From: Parcubacteria bacterium C7867-004
Lineage (GTDB): Bacteria > Patescibacteriota > Minisyncoccia > Phycocordibacterales > Phycocordibacteraceae
Reading direction: 5' to 3'
Assembly (NCBI GenBank): GCA_001189075.1
Contig: LFCN01000006.1
Coordinates: 524,866-588,865, forward strand
Length of the DNA: 64,000 nt
The notes under the pieces: generated by a model
What the model was told of the DNA's origin: nothing
What the model saw: the letters and a program-made list of their open reading frames with translations, nothing else
Databases searched by the model: none
Shown here: positions 1 to 9,555 of the stretch, one piece after another
How the letters are laid out: each line of letters starts with the position of its first letter
Position numbering within the stretch: position 1 is the first letter of the stretch
Program-made: the position numbers and the translations under genes

Positions 1-156
1 CTGCGCGCGCATCTCCGCCTGCTTCACGTTCGTAGCGGTAGCGGGAGCCGCCATACGGCGCGGCATGAGGAAGTTAAGCGCATGCCCGTCCGAACACTCG
101 ATAATAGAACCTGCCCTGCCCATGTTCTTCACGTCCTTCAGTAGTACGACTTTCAT
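1..156 (-). CDS. rplI: 50S ribosomal protein L9, N-terminal part (runs off window)
   Basis: Manual translation from ATG at 156: MKVVLLKDVKNMGRAGSIIECSDGHALNFLMPR, the L9 N-terminal signature. Confidence 0.9.
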   Translation of the reverse strand, partial: MKVVLLKDVKNMGRAGSIIECSDGHALNFLMPRRMAAPATATNVKQAEMRAQ

Positions 157-278
157 ATAGGACTATCCTAGCTTTTACAGCGTACAAGTGCAACCAGTTA
201 CTTTGACAAAATGTATAAGTGTATGATAAAAACTATCTGAAGTTCCCGCTTGTTTCCTTCAAAGAACTGGAGAGTGTA

Positions 279-677
279 GTGACGAATACAGAGAAGATTG
301 CATGGGCCATCGTCGGCCTGCTCATGGGCAGCGGATGCACCTGGGCCGGCTCCGCCTATCAGGCTCGCGCAGACAAGGCCGCGTTCGAGGTCGAGGGCGC
401 CAAGATTGCCACCCGAGCGTTCGTGCGGGGCGCCTGCCCCTCGAACAGCTGCGTCCTCGACGTCACGGCACATTCGTGGGGACAGGGGCCGAAGCTGACC
501 TTCGTCATCATCGACAGCGGCGTCTACGCCCGCGCGCCCGACGGGAAGACTGATCTCTCGCACCAAGCGCTGCTCCCCCGCGTCTGCAGCGGAGTGAGGG
601 CATCGTCAAGCGAAGAGCAGTTCGGCACCTGCAACGTCGTGCCGCGCAAGAAAGAAAACTACGACTCGGACTTCTGA
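279..677 (+). CDS. Hypothetical exported Cys-containing protein (orphan)
   Basis: ORF 219-677; likely GTG start at 279 after GGAG; N-terminal hydrophobic stretch; TTGACA at 203-208; terminator downstream. Confidence 0.6.
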   Translation: MTNTEKIAWAIVGLLMGSGCTWAGSAYQARADKAAFEVEGAKIATRAFVRGACPSNSCVLDVTAHSWGQGPKLTFVIIDSGVYARAPDGKTDLSHQALLPRVCSGVRASSSEEQFGTCNVVPRKKENYDSDF

Positions 678-685
678 ACATTCAC

Positions 686-715
686 GGGCGGCGCCATCAC
701 TGGAGTCGCCCTTTT
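686..715 (+). terminator. Intrinsic terminator
   Basis: GGGCGGC...GTCGCCC stem followed by TTTT. Confidence 0.6.
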
Positions 716-725
716 CTATACCCTT

Positions 726-2003
726 CTATTTCCCGGTCGTAAGAAACTCTATAGCCCGTGCTTTCTGCGGATCCTTGCCCGCATCGTAATCGGCTTTCGT
801 ACGCTCCACCTTTATGTCAGGCGTGAGTCCTCCGTCGGAGATGGAACGGCCAGCCGGCGTGAGCCAGCGCGCAACCGTGACCTTGAGTGCGCCTCCATCG
901 ATATCAACGAGCTCCTGCACCGAACCCTTTCCAAATGAACGAGTACCGACGAGCGTCGCCTTCTTCTCGTCCTGGAGCGCTCCGGCGAGGATCTCGGAAG
1001 CGGATGCCGAGCCTTGATCGATAAGGATAACTACCTTGGTACCTTCCGGTACGCCTCCCCTGCCGGTGCTGCGGTGCACGATGTTCTCCTGCTTACCCTT
1101 ATAGTCTTCGGTTACCACGGTCGTTCCCTTCGGGAGGAACATGCTCGAGATCTGCACCGCGGACTCGAGGTAGCCGCCCGGATCACCGCGGAGATCGATG
1201 ATGAGCTTATCGGAGCCGCTTGCCCTAAACTCGGCGAGCGCTTTGGAGAAGAGCTGTCCGGAGTTCGCCGTAAAGCTATAGAGTGCGATCGTGTACACAC
1301 CTGACTTTGCATCAAGGCTGTTGTCGATGGTCGGCACATTGATCGTGTCGCGCACTACCGGGATCTTTATGGTCTCCGCATCACGGAAGATCGTTATCGT
1401 AACGGTCGTCCCCTTCTCGCCGCGGATCAGTTTCACCGCCTCATCGCTCGAGAGCCCCTCGGTAGACTTGCCGTCGATGGAGATGATAGCGTCACCCGAA
1501 CGGAAGCCCGCCTTATCGGCCGGCGTTCCCTTAAGAGGAGCGATGACGATAAGCACGCCGTCCTTGATGCCGATCTCCATGCCCACGCCGCCGAAGTTGC
1601 CTTTGATATCGTCCTGGAACACCTTTGCTTCTGCTGGCGGGAAGAAGGTGGTGTACGGGTCCCCATAGGATGCGGTGAGTCCTGCGATAGCGCCCCAGAG
1701 CTTCTCTTTTGTTCCCGGAAGAGTCGAGGAGGCGTGCGTCTCCACGAACTGTGCATCGAGCGCGTTCCATGCCTTCCAGAAGCTCGAGAGGTCCGCGGAC
1801 TCATCCGGGGTGGCGTCAAGCCCGTCACCGAGAATGGGCACCTTCGCGAATATCTTGCTCGCGGTGTTGGCGTTCACCGTCATGCCGCCGACGAAACCGA
1901 CGACGAGGATCACCGCGAACGCGACTCCGAGCTTCACCAACGAGGCGAACGAACGCGATCGCGCCTCCGTGACTTCGAATTCAGTATCCGTCTCCCTATC
2001 CAT
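726..2003 (-). CDS. S41 family C-terminal processing peptidase (PDZ + catalytic domain)
   Basis: GDPYT, FGGVGMEI PDZ entry, IIDLRGDPGGYL, SASASEILAGALQD, FGKGSVQ; N-terminal TM; start moved to ATG 2003. Confidence 0.93.
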   Translation of the reverse strand: MDRETDTEFEVTEARSRSFASLVKLGVAFAVILVVGFVGGMTVNANTASKIFAKVPILGDGLDATPDESADLSSFWKAWNALDAQFVETHASSTLPGTKEKLWGAIAGLTASYGDPYTTFFPPAEAKVFQDDIKGNFGGVGMEIGIKDGVLIVIAPLKGTPADKAGFRSGDAIISIDGKSTEGLSSDEAVKLIRGEKGTTVTITIFRDAETIKIPVVRDTINVPTIDNSLDAKSGVYTIALYSFTANSGQLFSKALAEFRASGSDKLIIDLRGDPGGYLESAVQISSMFLPKGTTVVTEDYKGKQENIVHRSTGRGGVPEGTKVVILIDQGSASASEILAGALQDEKKATLVGTRSFGKGSVQELVDIDGGALKVTVARWLTPAGRSISDGGLTPDIKVERTKADYDAGKDPQKARAIEFLTTGK

Positions 2004-2084
2004 TAGAAGAATTGTACCATGAGCGATTCTTATGCCCATACACCGAGCCGGATGGAGCTTCGTGCACGATATACTTACCAGCAA

Positions 2085-3002
2085 ATGATCACTCGGCACA
2101 CCTTCGGTTCGGTCACGTGGCTCGATCTGGAATCCCCCGATCGTGACGAGGTGATGGAAGTGATGGAAGAGTTCGGCATCGACGAGCGCATTGAACAGGA
2201 GATCGCTTCCGCTACATCCTATCCCCTCTCCATAGCCTTTCCCGGGTACAGCTATCTGGTGCTGCATTTCCCTGTAACGGGAAGCGAGGACGGCGCCAGG
2301 GTCCAGGAAGTCGATTTCATCATCGGCAAGAGCTTCCTTATAACCGTCCGGTACGAGAGCATCGATGCGCTCTATAACCTGCATCGCGTACTCGAGGCTG
2401 AAGAGCTCCTCGGTACCTCAAAGAAGCTCAAGCCCGACGCTGTTCTCGTACGCGTCATGCACGGACTGTACGGCGCCATAAGCAGCGAAGCGGAACTGGC
2501 AGGCGCAAAACTGGAGCGTGTCGAGCGCGACATCTTTACCGGTCGCGAGCGTCAGGCGGTCCGCAAGATATCCGAAAGCGCGCGTGTGCTCCTTAGATTC
2601 GAGACGGCACTCGCCCGCCACGCGGAGCCGCTTGCCGATTTCCTCGCGATGCTGGGTAGCCCCGCATTCTTCGGTACGCGTTTCGACGAATACGCGGTGC
2701 GCATTGAGGCGGAGCATGCTCATGCGGCGTCCGTTGTCGCCTCCTATCGCGCTATCGCCTCGGAGCTCCGGAAGACCAATGACTCTCTCCTCACCTCCTC
2801 GCAAAGCCGGGTTATCCAGACCCTGACCGTCTTCTCCTTCGTAAGCTATCCGCCGCTGCTTATCGCCGCGATCTTCGCGATGGACACGACGGAAGGTATG
2901 CCCTTTGTTGGCCATGAGAACGGCTTCTGGATCGTTATCGGCCTGATGCTCGCTGCGATACTCGCATTCCTAGCGGTAGCGAAGAAGAATCGGTGGCTTT
3001 AG
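2085..3002 (+). CDS. corA: CorA-family divalent cation transporter
   Basis: TWLDLESP N-terminus, LTVFS..PPLLIAAIFAMD (GMN motif variant AMD), MPF loop and final TM. Confidence 0.85.
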   Translation: MITRHTFGSVTWLDLESPDRDEVMEVMEEFGIDERIEQEIASATSYPLSIAFPGYSYLVLHFPVTGSEDGARVQEVDFIIGKSFLITVRYESIDALYNLHRVLEAEELLGTSKKLKPDAVLVRVMHGLYGAISSEAELAGAKLERVERDIFTGRERQAVRKISESARVLLRFETALARHAEPLADFLAMLGSPAFFGTRFDEYAVRIEAEHAHAASVVASYRAIASELRKTNDSLLTSSQSRVIQTLTVFSFVSYPPLLIAAIFAMDTTEGMPFVGHENGFWIVIGLMLAAILAFLAVAKKNRWL

Positions 3003-3262
3003 CCGCCCTGTGCCATCAGCACGAAGAACAGGATGACGAGCGCAGACGTACGAATGATGACGCCAAGAAGCGACCATGGCTTCTTGCTCCTGCCGGCGAA
3101 GTAGCTGACGATTAATGCCGGAAGGAGCGTGGCGACGACGAGCTTTCCCGTCAGGAAGCCGGCGAATTCAGGATCACTGAATCCTACGAAGGATGCGATC
3201 GCGCCGAGCCCGATAAGGAGCCAGACAAGACCCACTATCCAGACCTGTTTTACGATATTCAT
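2999..3262 (-). CDS. Small membrane protein (about 3 TM), hypothetical
   Basis: Hydrophobic ORF; ATG 3262 preceded by TATACT. Confidence 0.6.
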   Translation of the reverse strand: MNIVKQVWIVGLVWLLIGLGAIASFVGFSDPEFAGFLTGKLVVATLLPALIVSYFAGRSKKPWSLLGVIIRTSALVILFFVLMAQGG

Positions 3263-3315
3263 ATGGTTAAAGTATATAGTACGAAATGTCTTCAAATCTA
3301 GGCTAGAATACTCCC

Positions 3316-4782
3316 ATGTCCTGGTTCAGTACCCTGTTCGCCCGGAAGCCGCAGTCGGCCAAGAGCAACGCTCCTATCTTCTTCAGCAATACCCTCACCG
3401 GTACGAAAGACCTCTTCTCCCCGCTTCGTGCGGGTACCGTACTCATGTATTCCTGCGGACCTACCGTCTACAGCAAACAGCACATTGGCAACCTGAAAGC
3501 CCCTCTCTTCGCGGACTTGGTCGCACGCGTTCTTGCGCAGGCCGGGTACCGCGTGAAGCGCGTCATCAACATCACCGACGTCGGGCACCTCCAGAGCAAT
3601 GGCGACGAAGGCGAAGACAAGATGGAAGTGGGCGCGAAACGGGAGGGACTCCATGCAAGCGATATCGCTGAGCGCTACGCCCTTATGTTCATCGAGGACA
3701 TCCAAGCGATAGGACTCGACACGAACGACATAAAGTTCCCGCGCGCAACCGACTACATCGAGGAACAGATCGCTATGGTGAAATCGCTCGAGGAGCGCGG
3801 CTACACGTACCGAACCCATGACGGTATCTATTTCGATACCAGCAAGTTCCCGTCCTACGGAAAGCTAGGGCATGTCCAGCCCACGCACTCACGCGAAGAA
3901 GCGCTCGCCGGCATCGGCAGGCGTATAACAGAGAACAAAGAGAAGCGGCAGGCGGCAGACTTCGCGCTCTGGAAGTTCTCTCCGCATGGCACCAAACGAG
4001 AGCAGGAGTGGCCGAGCCCTTGGGGCGTCGGCTTCCCCGGCTGGCACATCGAATGTTCTGCGATGGCAAAGGCACTCCTCGGTTCTGAGATTGATATCCA
4101 TACTGGCGGCATCGACCATATCCCCGTCCACCACAACAACGAGATAGCGCAGTCGGAAGTAGCGAACGGAAAGCCGCTCGCCCGTTTCTGGATGCACGAG
4201 GCATTCGTGAACGTCGCCGACGAGAAGATCTCGAAATCGCTCGGTAACGACGTCTACCTTTCCGATATCATCGACCGCGGCTTCCACCCGCTTTCGCTCC
4301 GCTACTTCTTCCTCCAGGCGCACTACCGGACCAGCATGTCGTTCACCTGGGACGCACTCGAAGCTAGCAACGAAGCCCTCACCCGTCTCTGGAAGCTCTG
4401 CGCAAAGGTACGGGAAGAAACCAAGGGTCCGAGCCGTCCCTCGGATACTAGCCGCCGCATGATAGCCATACTGCGCGAAGACCTTGCCACCCCTCAAGCA
4501 CTCGCGCTCCTCTGGGAGACCGTTAAGGATGAGGACATGGAGCGTTCGGAGCAGCTGGCCGTTATAGAGGCAGCTGAGGCCGTACTCGGACTCTCACTGC
4601 TCGAAGGACGTCCTCCGGTTACCGAACCCATCCCTGAACACATACAGGCGCTCGTAGAAGAGCGCGAGCAGGCCCGTCTAGCACGGGATTTCGGCAAGGC
4701 TGACGCGCTCCGTATCCACATAGAAGGCAGTGGATATCATGTGGAGGACGGGCCTTCTGGCGCCATAGTCACCCGCAGATAA
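3316..4782 (+). CDS. cysS: Cysteine--tRNA ligase
   Basis: MYSCGPTVY, HIGN, NITDVGH, DFALWK, PGWHIECSAM, DIHTGGIDH..HHNNE, KISKS. Confidence 0.97.
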   Translation: MSWFSTLFARKPQSAKSNAPIFFSNTLTGTKDLFSPLRAGTVLMYSCGPTVYSKQHIGNLKAPLFADLVARVLAQAGYRVKRVINITDVGHLQSNGDEGEDKMEVGAKREGLHASDIAERYALMFIEDIQAIGLDTNDIKFPRATDYIEEQIAMVKSLEERGYTYRTHDGIYFDTSKFPSYGKLGHVQPTHSREEALAGIGRRITENKEKRQAADFALWKFSPHGTKREQEWPSPWGVGFPGWHIECSAMAKALLGSEIDIHTGGIDHIPVHHNNEIAQSEVANGKPLARFWMHEAFVNVADEKISKSLGNDVYLSDIIDRGFHPLSLRYFFLQAHYRTSMSFTWDALEASNEALTRLWKLCAKVREETKGPSRPSDTSRRMIAILREDLATPQALALLWETVKDEDMERSEQLAVIEAAEAVLGLSLLEGRPPVTEPIPEHIQALVEEREQARLARDFGKADALRIHIEGSGYHVEDGPSGAIVTRR

Positions 4783-4800
4783 GGGGGATAGAATAGGGGG

Positions 4801-6159
4801 ATGGATGCTGTTCTGCGCGTACCTCCCCAAAGTCTCGATTCCGAGCGCGCATTGCTCGGCGCCCTTCTCCTTAAGCCTGATGCCCTTCACGACATCAGTG
4901 ACCTAGTGCGCCCTGATTCGTTCTACGCAGACAAGCACAAGATGATATTCGAGTGCATGCGTGAGCTCACCGAGCGCGGCGAGCCGATCGATATTCTTTC
5001 CATCAGCGAACGGCTTTCCGGCAAAGGCACCCTTGAGCGTGTCGGTGGCCGCGCATATGTCGCCGAACTCGCGAGCACCGCACCTACCCCAGGTAACTTC
5101 GCGCACTACGCCGAGCTCGTATCCCGCAAGCATCTGATGCGCGCGCTTATCGATACCTCGCATGAGATAACCGAGCTCGCGTACGACGACTCCCGGGATT
5201 CGGTAGAAGTGCTCGACCATGCAGAGAAGTCGATCTATGCCATCAGCAACGCGACAGCCGCCCACAAGTTCGTCGCTATCAAGGACAAACTGGATGAGAC
5301 CTGGGACCGCATCGAGCAGCTCTCAAAGAATGACGGCGCGATCCGCGGCACCCCGACCGGTTTCCCTGAGCTTGATAATCTCCTCTCCGGTTTCCATAAG
5401 TCCGATCTCATCATCCTCGCCGCGCGGCCTTCGGTTGGTAAGACGTCATTCGCGCTCGATATCGCCCGCAACGCAGCCGTGCAGCACAACGTGCCGGTAG
5501 GTATCTTCTCGCTCGAGATGAGCTCGGACCAGATCATCGACCGCATGCTCTCGGCGGAAGCGTTCGTGGACTCGTGGAAGATTCGCACCGGCGCGGTCCG
5601 TGCTGAAGAAGACTTCGCGAAGATCCGCGACGCGCTCGAAACGCTCTCCAAAGCCCCTATCTACATCGACGACAAGCCGGGCAACAACATCCTCGCGATG
5701 CGCGCAGTAGCCCGAAGGCTCAAGCGCGAGCAAGGTATCGGTCTCATCATCGTCGACTACCTCCAGCTCATGTCGCCGACCAGCACGAAGAACTCGGACT
5801 CCATGGTGCAGCAGGTAACCGAGATCTCACGATCCTTGAAGCAACTCGCACGCGAGCTCGACGTGCCGGTCTTGGCCCTCTCCCAGCTCTCCCGTGCGGT
5901 TGAGCAGCGTGGAGGGAAGCCTCGCCTCTCAGACCTCCGTGACTCGGGATCCATCGAGCAGGACGCGGACGTGGTTATGTTCATCCACCGAGAAGACAAG
6001 AACAATCCGGACAGCGAGCGCCAGAACATCGCCGAGATCCTCATCGAGAAGCATCGTAACGGTCCGACCGGCAAGGTCGAGCTCATGTTCGACCAGAAGC
6101 GCACGAGCTTCATGTCGCTTGATAAGTCAGGGTACGGCGATCTCGCGAGCGAATTCTAG
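4801..6159 (+). CDS. dnaB: Replicative DNA helicase
   Basis: PPQS..ERALLG, LAARPSVGKT, FSLEMS, IVDYLQLM, LSQLSRAVEQR, DLRDSGSIEQDAD, KHRNGPTG. Confidence 0.98.
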   Translation: MDAVLRVPPQSLDSERALLGALLLKPDALHDISDLVRPDSFYADKHKMIFECMRELTERGEPIDILSISERLSGKGTLERVGGRAYVAELASTAPTPGNFAHYAELVSRKHLMRALIDTSHEITELAYDDSRDSVEVLDHAEKSIYAISNATAAHKFVAIKDKLDETWDRIEQLSKNDGAIRGTPTGFPELDNLLSGFHKSDLIILAARPSVGKTSFALDIARNAAVQHNVPVGIFSLEMSSDQIIDRMLSAEAFVDSWKIRTGAVRAEEDFAKIRDALETLSKAPIYIDDKPGNNILAMRAVARRLKREQGIGLIIVDYLQLMSPTSTKNSDSMVQQVTEISRSLKQLARELDVPVLALSQLSRAVEQRGGKPRLSDLRDSGSIEQDADVVMFIHREDKNNPDSERQNIAEILIEKHRNGPTGKVELMFDQKRTSFMSLDKSGYGDLASEF

Positions 6160-6161
6160 CC

Positions 6162-6767
6162 ATGCGTGACCGCATCGAAGACCTTACTGCAGCGTTCACC
6201 CGCCTCCCCGGCATTGGCCCGAGGCAGGCAAAGCGTTTCGTCTACCATCTCCTTTCCGTACCCCCTTCGGATCGCGCACGCTTAGCCGATCTTATCCTCA
6301 ATATCGGCGCCGATATCCGCCAGTGCCGCATGTGCATGCGCTTCGCTCCTTCCGACAGCGACGGTCTCTGTAACTATTGTGCCGACGTGTCTCGCGACGA
6401 CGGACTCCTCATGCTCGTTGAGAAGGACCAGGACCTGCTCGCGGTTGAGCGCGCGGGAACGTATCGCGGCCGATACTTCGTACTCGGGGGCGTGCTCACC
6501 CTCTCCGGCAAGGGCGCTATCCGCGAGCGCGACCTGATCCGCGTGGTTGAGGCCAGAAGTACGGAAGGACTTCGGGAGATTGTCCTCGCGCTCTCGGCAA
6601 CGAGCGAAGGCGAACATACCGCTGACCGCATTCGCGAGGTCTTGCAACCACTTCGCGGTTCGCTCCTCCTGTCCGAGCTCGGGCGCGGGCTCTCGACCGG
6701 TGCAGAGCTTGAGTACGCCGACTCCACCACCCTTTCCGCCGCCCTTCAGAACCGAAAAGAAACCTAA
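6162..6767 (+). CDS. recR: Recombination mediator RecR
   Basis: LPGIGPRQAKR HhH motif, C4 zinc finger, YFVLGG, EGEHTA TOPRIM, GAELEYAD. Confidence 0.95.
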   Translation: MRDRIEDLTAAFTRLPGIGPRQAKRFVYHLLSVPPSDRARLADLILNIGADIRQCRMCMRFAPSDSDGLCNYCADVSRDDGLLMLVEKDQDLLAVERAGTYRGRYFVLGGVLTLSGKGAIRERDLIRVVEARSTEGLREIVLALSATSEGEHTADRIREVLQPLRGSLLLSELGRGLSTGAELEYADSTTLSAALQNRKET

Positions 6768-7268
6768 TTAGAGCTGTAAGAGAGAGCGTACGCGCTCATC
6801 AAATGCTGCTGCGTGATAGTGGAGCGGAAATGGTACGAGCTGTCCCTTATTCAGGACAGTAAAGCCATCCGCAAGCAGCGGAGCTTCCAGGAGGCGTACG
6901 ATATTCGATTTCACCAATATAATTGGAGTGTTATGTCCGGTTCCCAAGAGATTCTTGAGATCAGCTATAAAAACAGGATAGTTTGCGAGAATCATTGCAT
7001 CCGCCTCCTTATCCGGAAGCTTGTTAACGTGAGTATAGATAGGATTTACCAATATCCAACCCTTCGCAGCAAGCGCCTCAAGTCCTTCTGGCTTACTACT
7101 CGGAGTAATACCAAGTAGTTTCATATACGCTCGAAATAAGACTTCGGAAACCTTTCCATTCGTATCGTAGAAATAGCCGTGTCCTTCAGGAGGCGACTCC
7201 AGAATGAATACGGTCGAAAGCTTCTTAGGCAGATAAGCGTTTCGAAGTCTTATATATTCCTCCTCCAT
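6768..7268 (-). CDS. Hypothetical protein, possibly uracil-DNA-glycosylase-like fold
   Basis: VFILESPP..GYFY and C-terminal PFP resemble UDG-superfamily-like proteins; AT-richer than its neighbours. Confidence 0.5.
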   Translation of the reverse strand: MEEEYIRLRNAYLPKKLSTVFILESPPEGHGYFYDTNGKVSEVLFRAYMKLLGITPSSKPEGLEALAAKGWILVNPIYTHVNKLPDKEADAMILANYPVFIADLKNLLGTGHNTPIILVKSNIVRLLEAPLLADGFTVLNKGQLVPFPLHYHAAAFDERVRSLLQL

Positions 7269-7330
7269 TACCAAGAACGGTACCACGAACAAATGAAAAT
7301 CCCGGGAGCTTCCGCTCTCGGGATGTTTAG

Positions 7331-7645
7331 CTACGCGGCCATTGCCGCCTGTTCGTCAGTCACCCAGCCATATTCGAGCATGTGCTGGATGTGTTCGGAA
7401 GGAGCATGGATGAGGCCCGTGTACGGCTCTCCCTTGCGCGCCGGCTCCTCGACGGTCACGAAGTAGGTGCGGTGCGGAATCCCGTGCCCGCAGAGTTCGA
7501 GTTTTCCGCCCGTGGTCGGCGAATTCACCTCCACCGTCTTCCACGCTATTGTCGGCAACTGCTCGAGATTAGGGCCCGGTTCCGGATCCCGCACTTCGAT
7601 TCGAATGGAAACTTTCCCAACGATCTGGACATCCTGCATATCCAA
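7331..7645 (-). CDS. Hypothetical protein (orphan)
   Basis: AAGGAG SD before TTG/ATG; hairpin downstream at about 7297-7326. Confidence 0.6.
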   Translation of the reverse strand: MDMQDVQIVGKVSIRIEVRDPEPGPNLEQLPTIAWKTVEVNSPTTGGKLELCGHGIPHRTYFVTVEEPARKGEPYTGLIHAPSEHIQHMLEYGWVTDEQAAMAA

Positions 7646-7726
7646 ACTCCTTTGCCTATGCAGTTAGGGATACCGTACCACCCGGTACCCGTAAACGACA
7701 AGACCCGCTTCCGCGGGTCTTGTTCG

Positions 7727-8062
7727 TTACTTCGAGATCGAATCGATCTTCACCTTGATCTCCGGCTGGCGGTGACCACGACGCTTGAGGTAGCGACTCT
7801 TCGCCTTGTACTTAACGACGTCGATCTTCTTTGCGCGGCCGACGATCTGAACGGTTCCGGTAACGGTCTTGCCCTCGAGCATCGGGGTGCCGACCGTAGC
7901 GGTCTTGCCGTCGTCGGTCATAAGCACCTCATCGAAGGTGATGGTGTCACCCTTCTTGAGCGGTACGGTATTGATACCGCGACCGATCTTCTCAATGGTA
8001 ACCATGGCTCCTGGGGAGACCACGTACTGCTTTCCGCCCGTCTTTATCACTGCGAGTTCCAT
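7727..8062 (-). CDS. rplU: 50S ribosomal protein L21
   Basis: AVIKTGGKQYVV, KYKAKSRY..RRGHRQ. Confidence 0.97.
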   Translation of the reverse strand: MELAVIKTGGKQYVVSPGAMVTIEKIGRGINTVPLKKGDTITFDEVLMTDDGKTATVGTPMLEGKTVTGTVQIVGRAKKIDVVKYKAKSRYLKRRGHRQPEIKVKIDSISK

Positions 8063-8159
8063 AATAGGCCTATATTAAAGGGTTTCGGCTAAAAAGCAAG
8101 CGCCCGGCAAGGCCTGGGAGGCAATGAAAAGGCCGTCCGGTTCTTCGGGCGGTCTCTAT

Positions 8160-8441
8160 TCAAAGGTATACAGGGCAGGCACTCCCCAGTGGCCTGGCCA
8201 AGTATTTCCTGTTGTGGATGATGCATCTGTCCGGGCCCCGTTTTACAAGACCCTCTGCGGCCAGTATGCGAACAACAGATTGATCTGCCTCCACATACAG
8301 TGACTGCTGGGATGAGTACTCGAACCAGAGGTAGAGCATTGCACCCAGACACATAAGAGCGATTACCAGGGTAACCCAGATCATCGGCACCTTAGCCGGA
8401 AGCGGTTCATACCTCACGACGCCCTCCCTACTATGCAGCAC
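8160..8441 (-). CDS. Hypothetical single-TM protein
   Basis: 93-aa ORF with one TM segment filling the intergenic gap. Confidence 0.45.
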   Translation of the reverse strand: MLHSREGVVRYEPLPAKVPMIWVTLVIALMCLGAMLYLWFEYSSQQSLYVEADQSVVRILAAEGLVKRGPDRCIIHNRKYLARPLGSACPVYL

Positions 8442-8472
8442 TCAACAGCGAGCACCCATAAAAAGTATACTC

Positions 8473-9528
8473 CTACTCGTCCGCGCTTCCCGGCTTATCC
8501 AGTATCAGCGACTCAAGTCCGATCTTCTCCCCAGTGATGCGATAGACGTCTTTGTCCACCTTCCCGAGTTCCTTTGAGCCGGCGTTGTAATGGGAGACCA
8601 CTGTCCCAAGCGCGTTGCCGAGCTTCTTGTAGTAATCCTCATAGGATGAGAGATGCTTCCCAAGCTCCCCCACTCGCTTCTGGATCTCCTCTGCCTGCTT
8701 CTCGATCTGGAGCGCTTTAAGCCCCTGCATCACGGTCTGGAGGTAGGCAAGAAACGACGTCGGCGAGACGATGATCACCTTGTACTTCGATGCTGCGCGC
8801 TGTATCAGGTTCTCGTCCTCTCCGGCGCCCACCTGGTTCGTAAGGAGATCATAATAAATGCCCTCGGACGGGATGAACATGAACGCGAAGTCCATGGTGT
8901 TCTCTTCGGGACGGATGTATTTGGCAGTCTCTGAGATGCGGAGCTTGAGGTCGTTCACGAACGCCTTCTCGAGCGTTACGCGCTCGGCGCCTTCCGCATG
9001 CACGAAGCGATTGTAGTTATCGAGCGAGAACTTCGAGTCGATCGGGACGATTTTCTCGTTCACGAATACCGCAGCGTCCACGATCTCCCCATTGGTGAAG
9101 GGATACTGCATCTGGAACATGCCCGGAGGAAGCACATTCTTCAAGACCGTCTCGAGATAGTACTCGCCGAGGATGCCGCGCTGCTTCGGGTTCTTGAGTA
9201 TGTCCTGAAGGCTTTTCAGCTGCTCGGCGAACTTACCCGTCTCGCGACCGATCTCCTTCACCGAGGTTATCTCCGTCGTTATCTCCCGGATGAGCCGGGA
9301 GGATTCCCCGAGCTGGCTGCGCATCGTATCGTCCATACGCTTTGCGGACTCGTGCATGCGGGAATCGAGCGCTCGTTCGAGGTTCTCCATCTGCTTCTGG
9401 ATCAACATGAGTCCGCCATTGTCTTCAGGCTTCTTGTCCTGCTCGCGCTTGCGGAGCATGAGCCAGAGGCCGATGCCTTGAACGAAAACGAGGGCGAGCA
9501 CGATGAGCGCAACGGTCAGGATATCCAT
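8473..9528 (-). CDS. rmuC: DNA recombination protein RmuC
   Basis: N-terminal TM and coiled coil, KQRGILGE..LE, IDSKF, DFAFMFIPSEG, VSPTS. Confidence 0.93.
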   Translation of the reverse strand: MDILTVALIVLALVFVQGIGLWLMLRKREQDKKPEDNGGLMLIQKQMENLERALDSRMHESAKRMDDTMRSQLGESSRLIREITTEITSVKEIGRETGKFAEQLKSLQDILKNPKQRGILGEYYLETVLKNVLPPGMFQMQYPFTNGEIVDAAVFVNEKIVPIDSKFSLDNYNRFVHAEGAERVTLEKAFVNDLKLRISETAKYIRPEENTMDFAFMFIPSEGIYYDLLTNQVGAGEDENLIQRAASKYKVIIVSPTSFLAYLQTVMQGLKALQIEKQAEEIQKRVGELGKHLSSYEDYYKKLGNALGTVVSHYNAGSKELGKVDKDVYRITGEKIGLESLILDKPGSADE

Positions 9529-9555
9529 ATATCGATTATACCTAATCTCGGCCGA

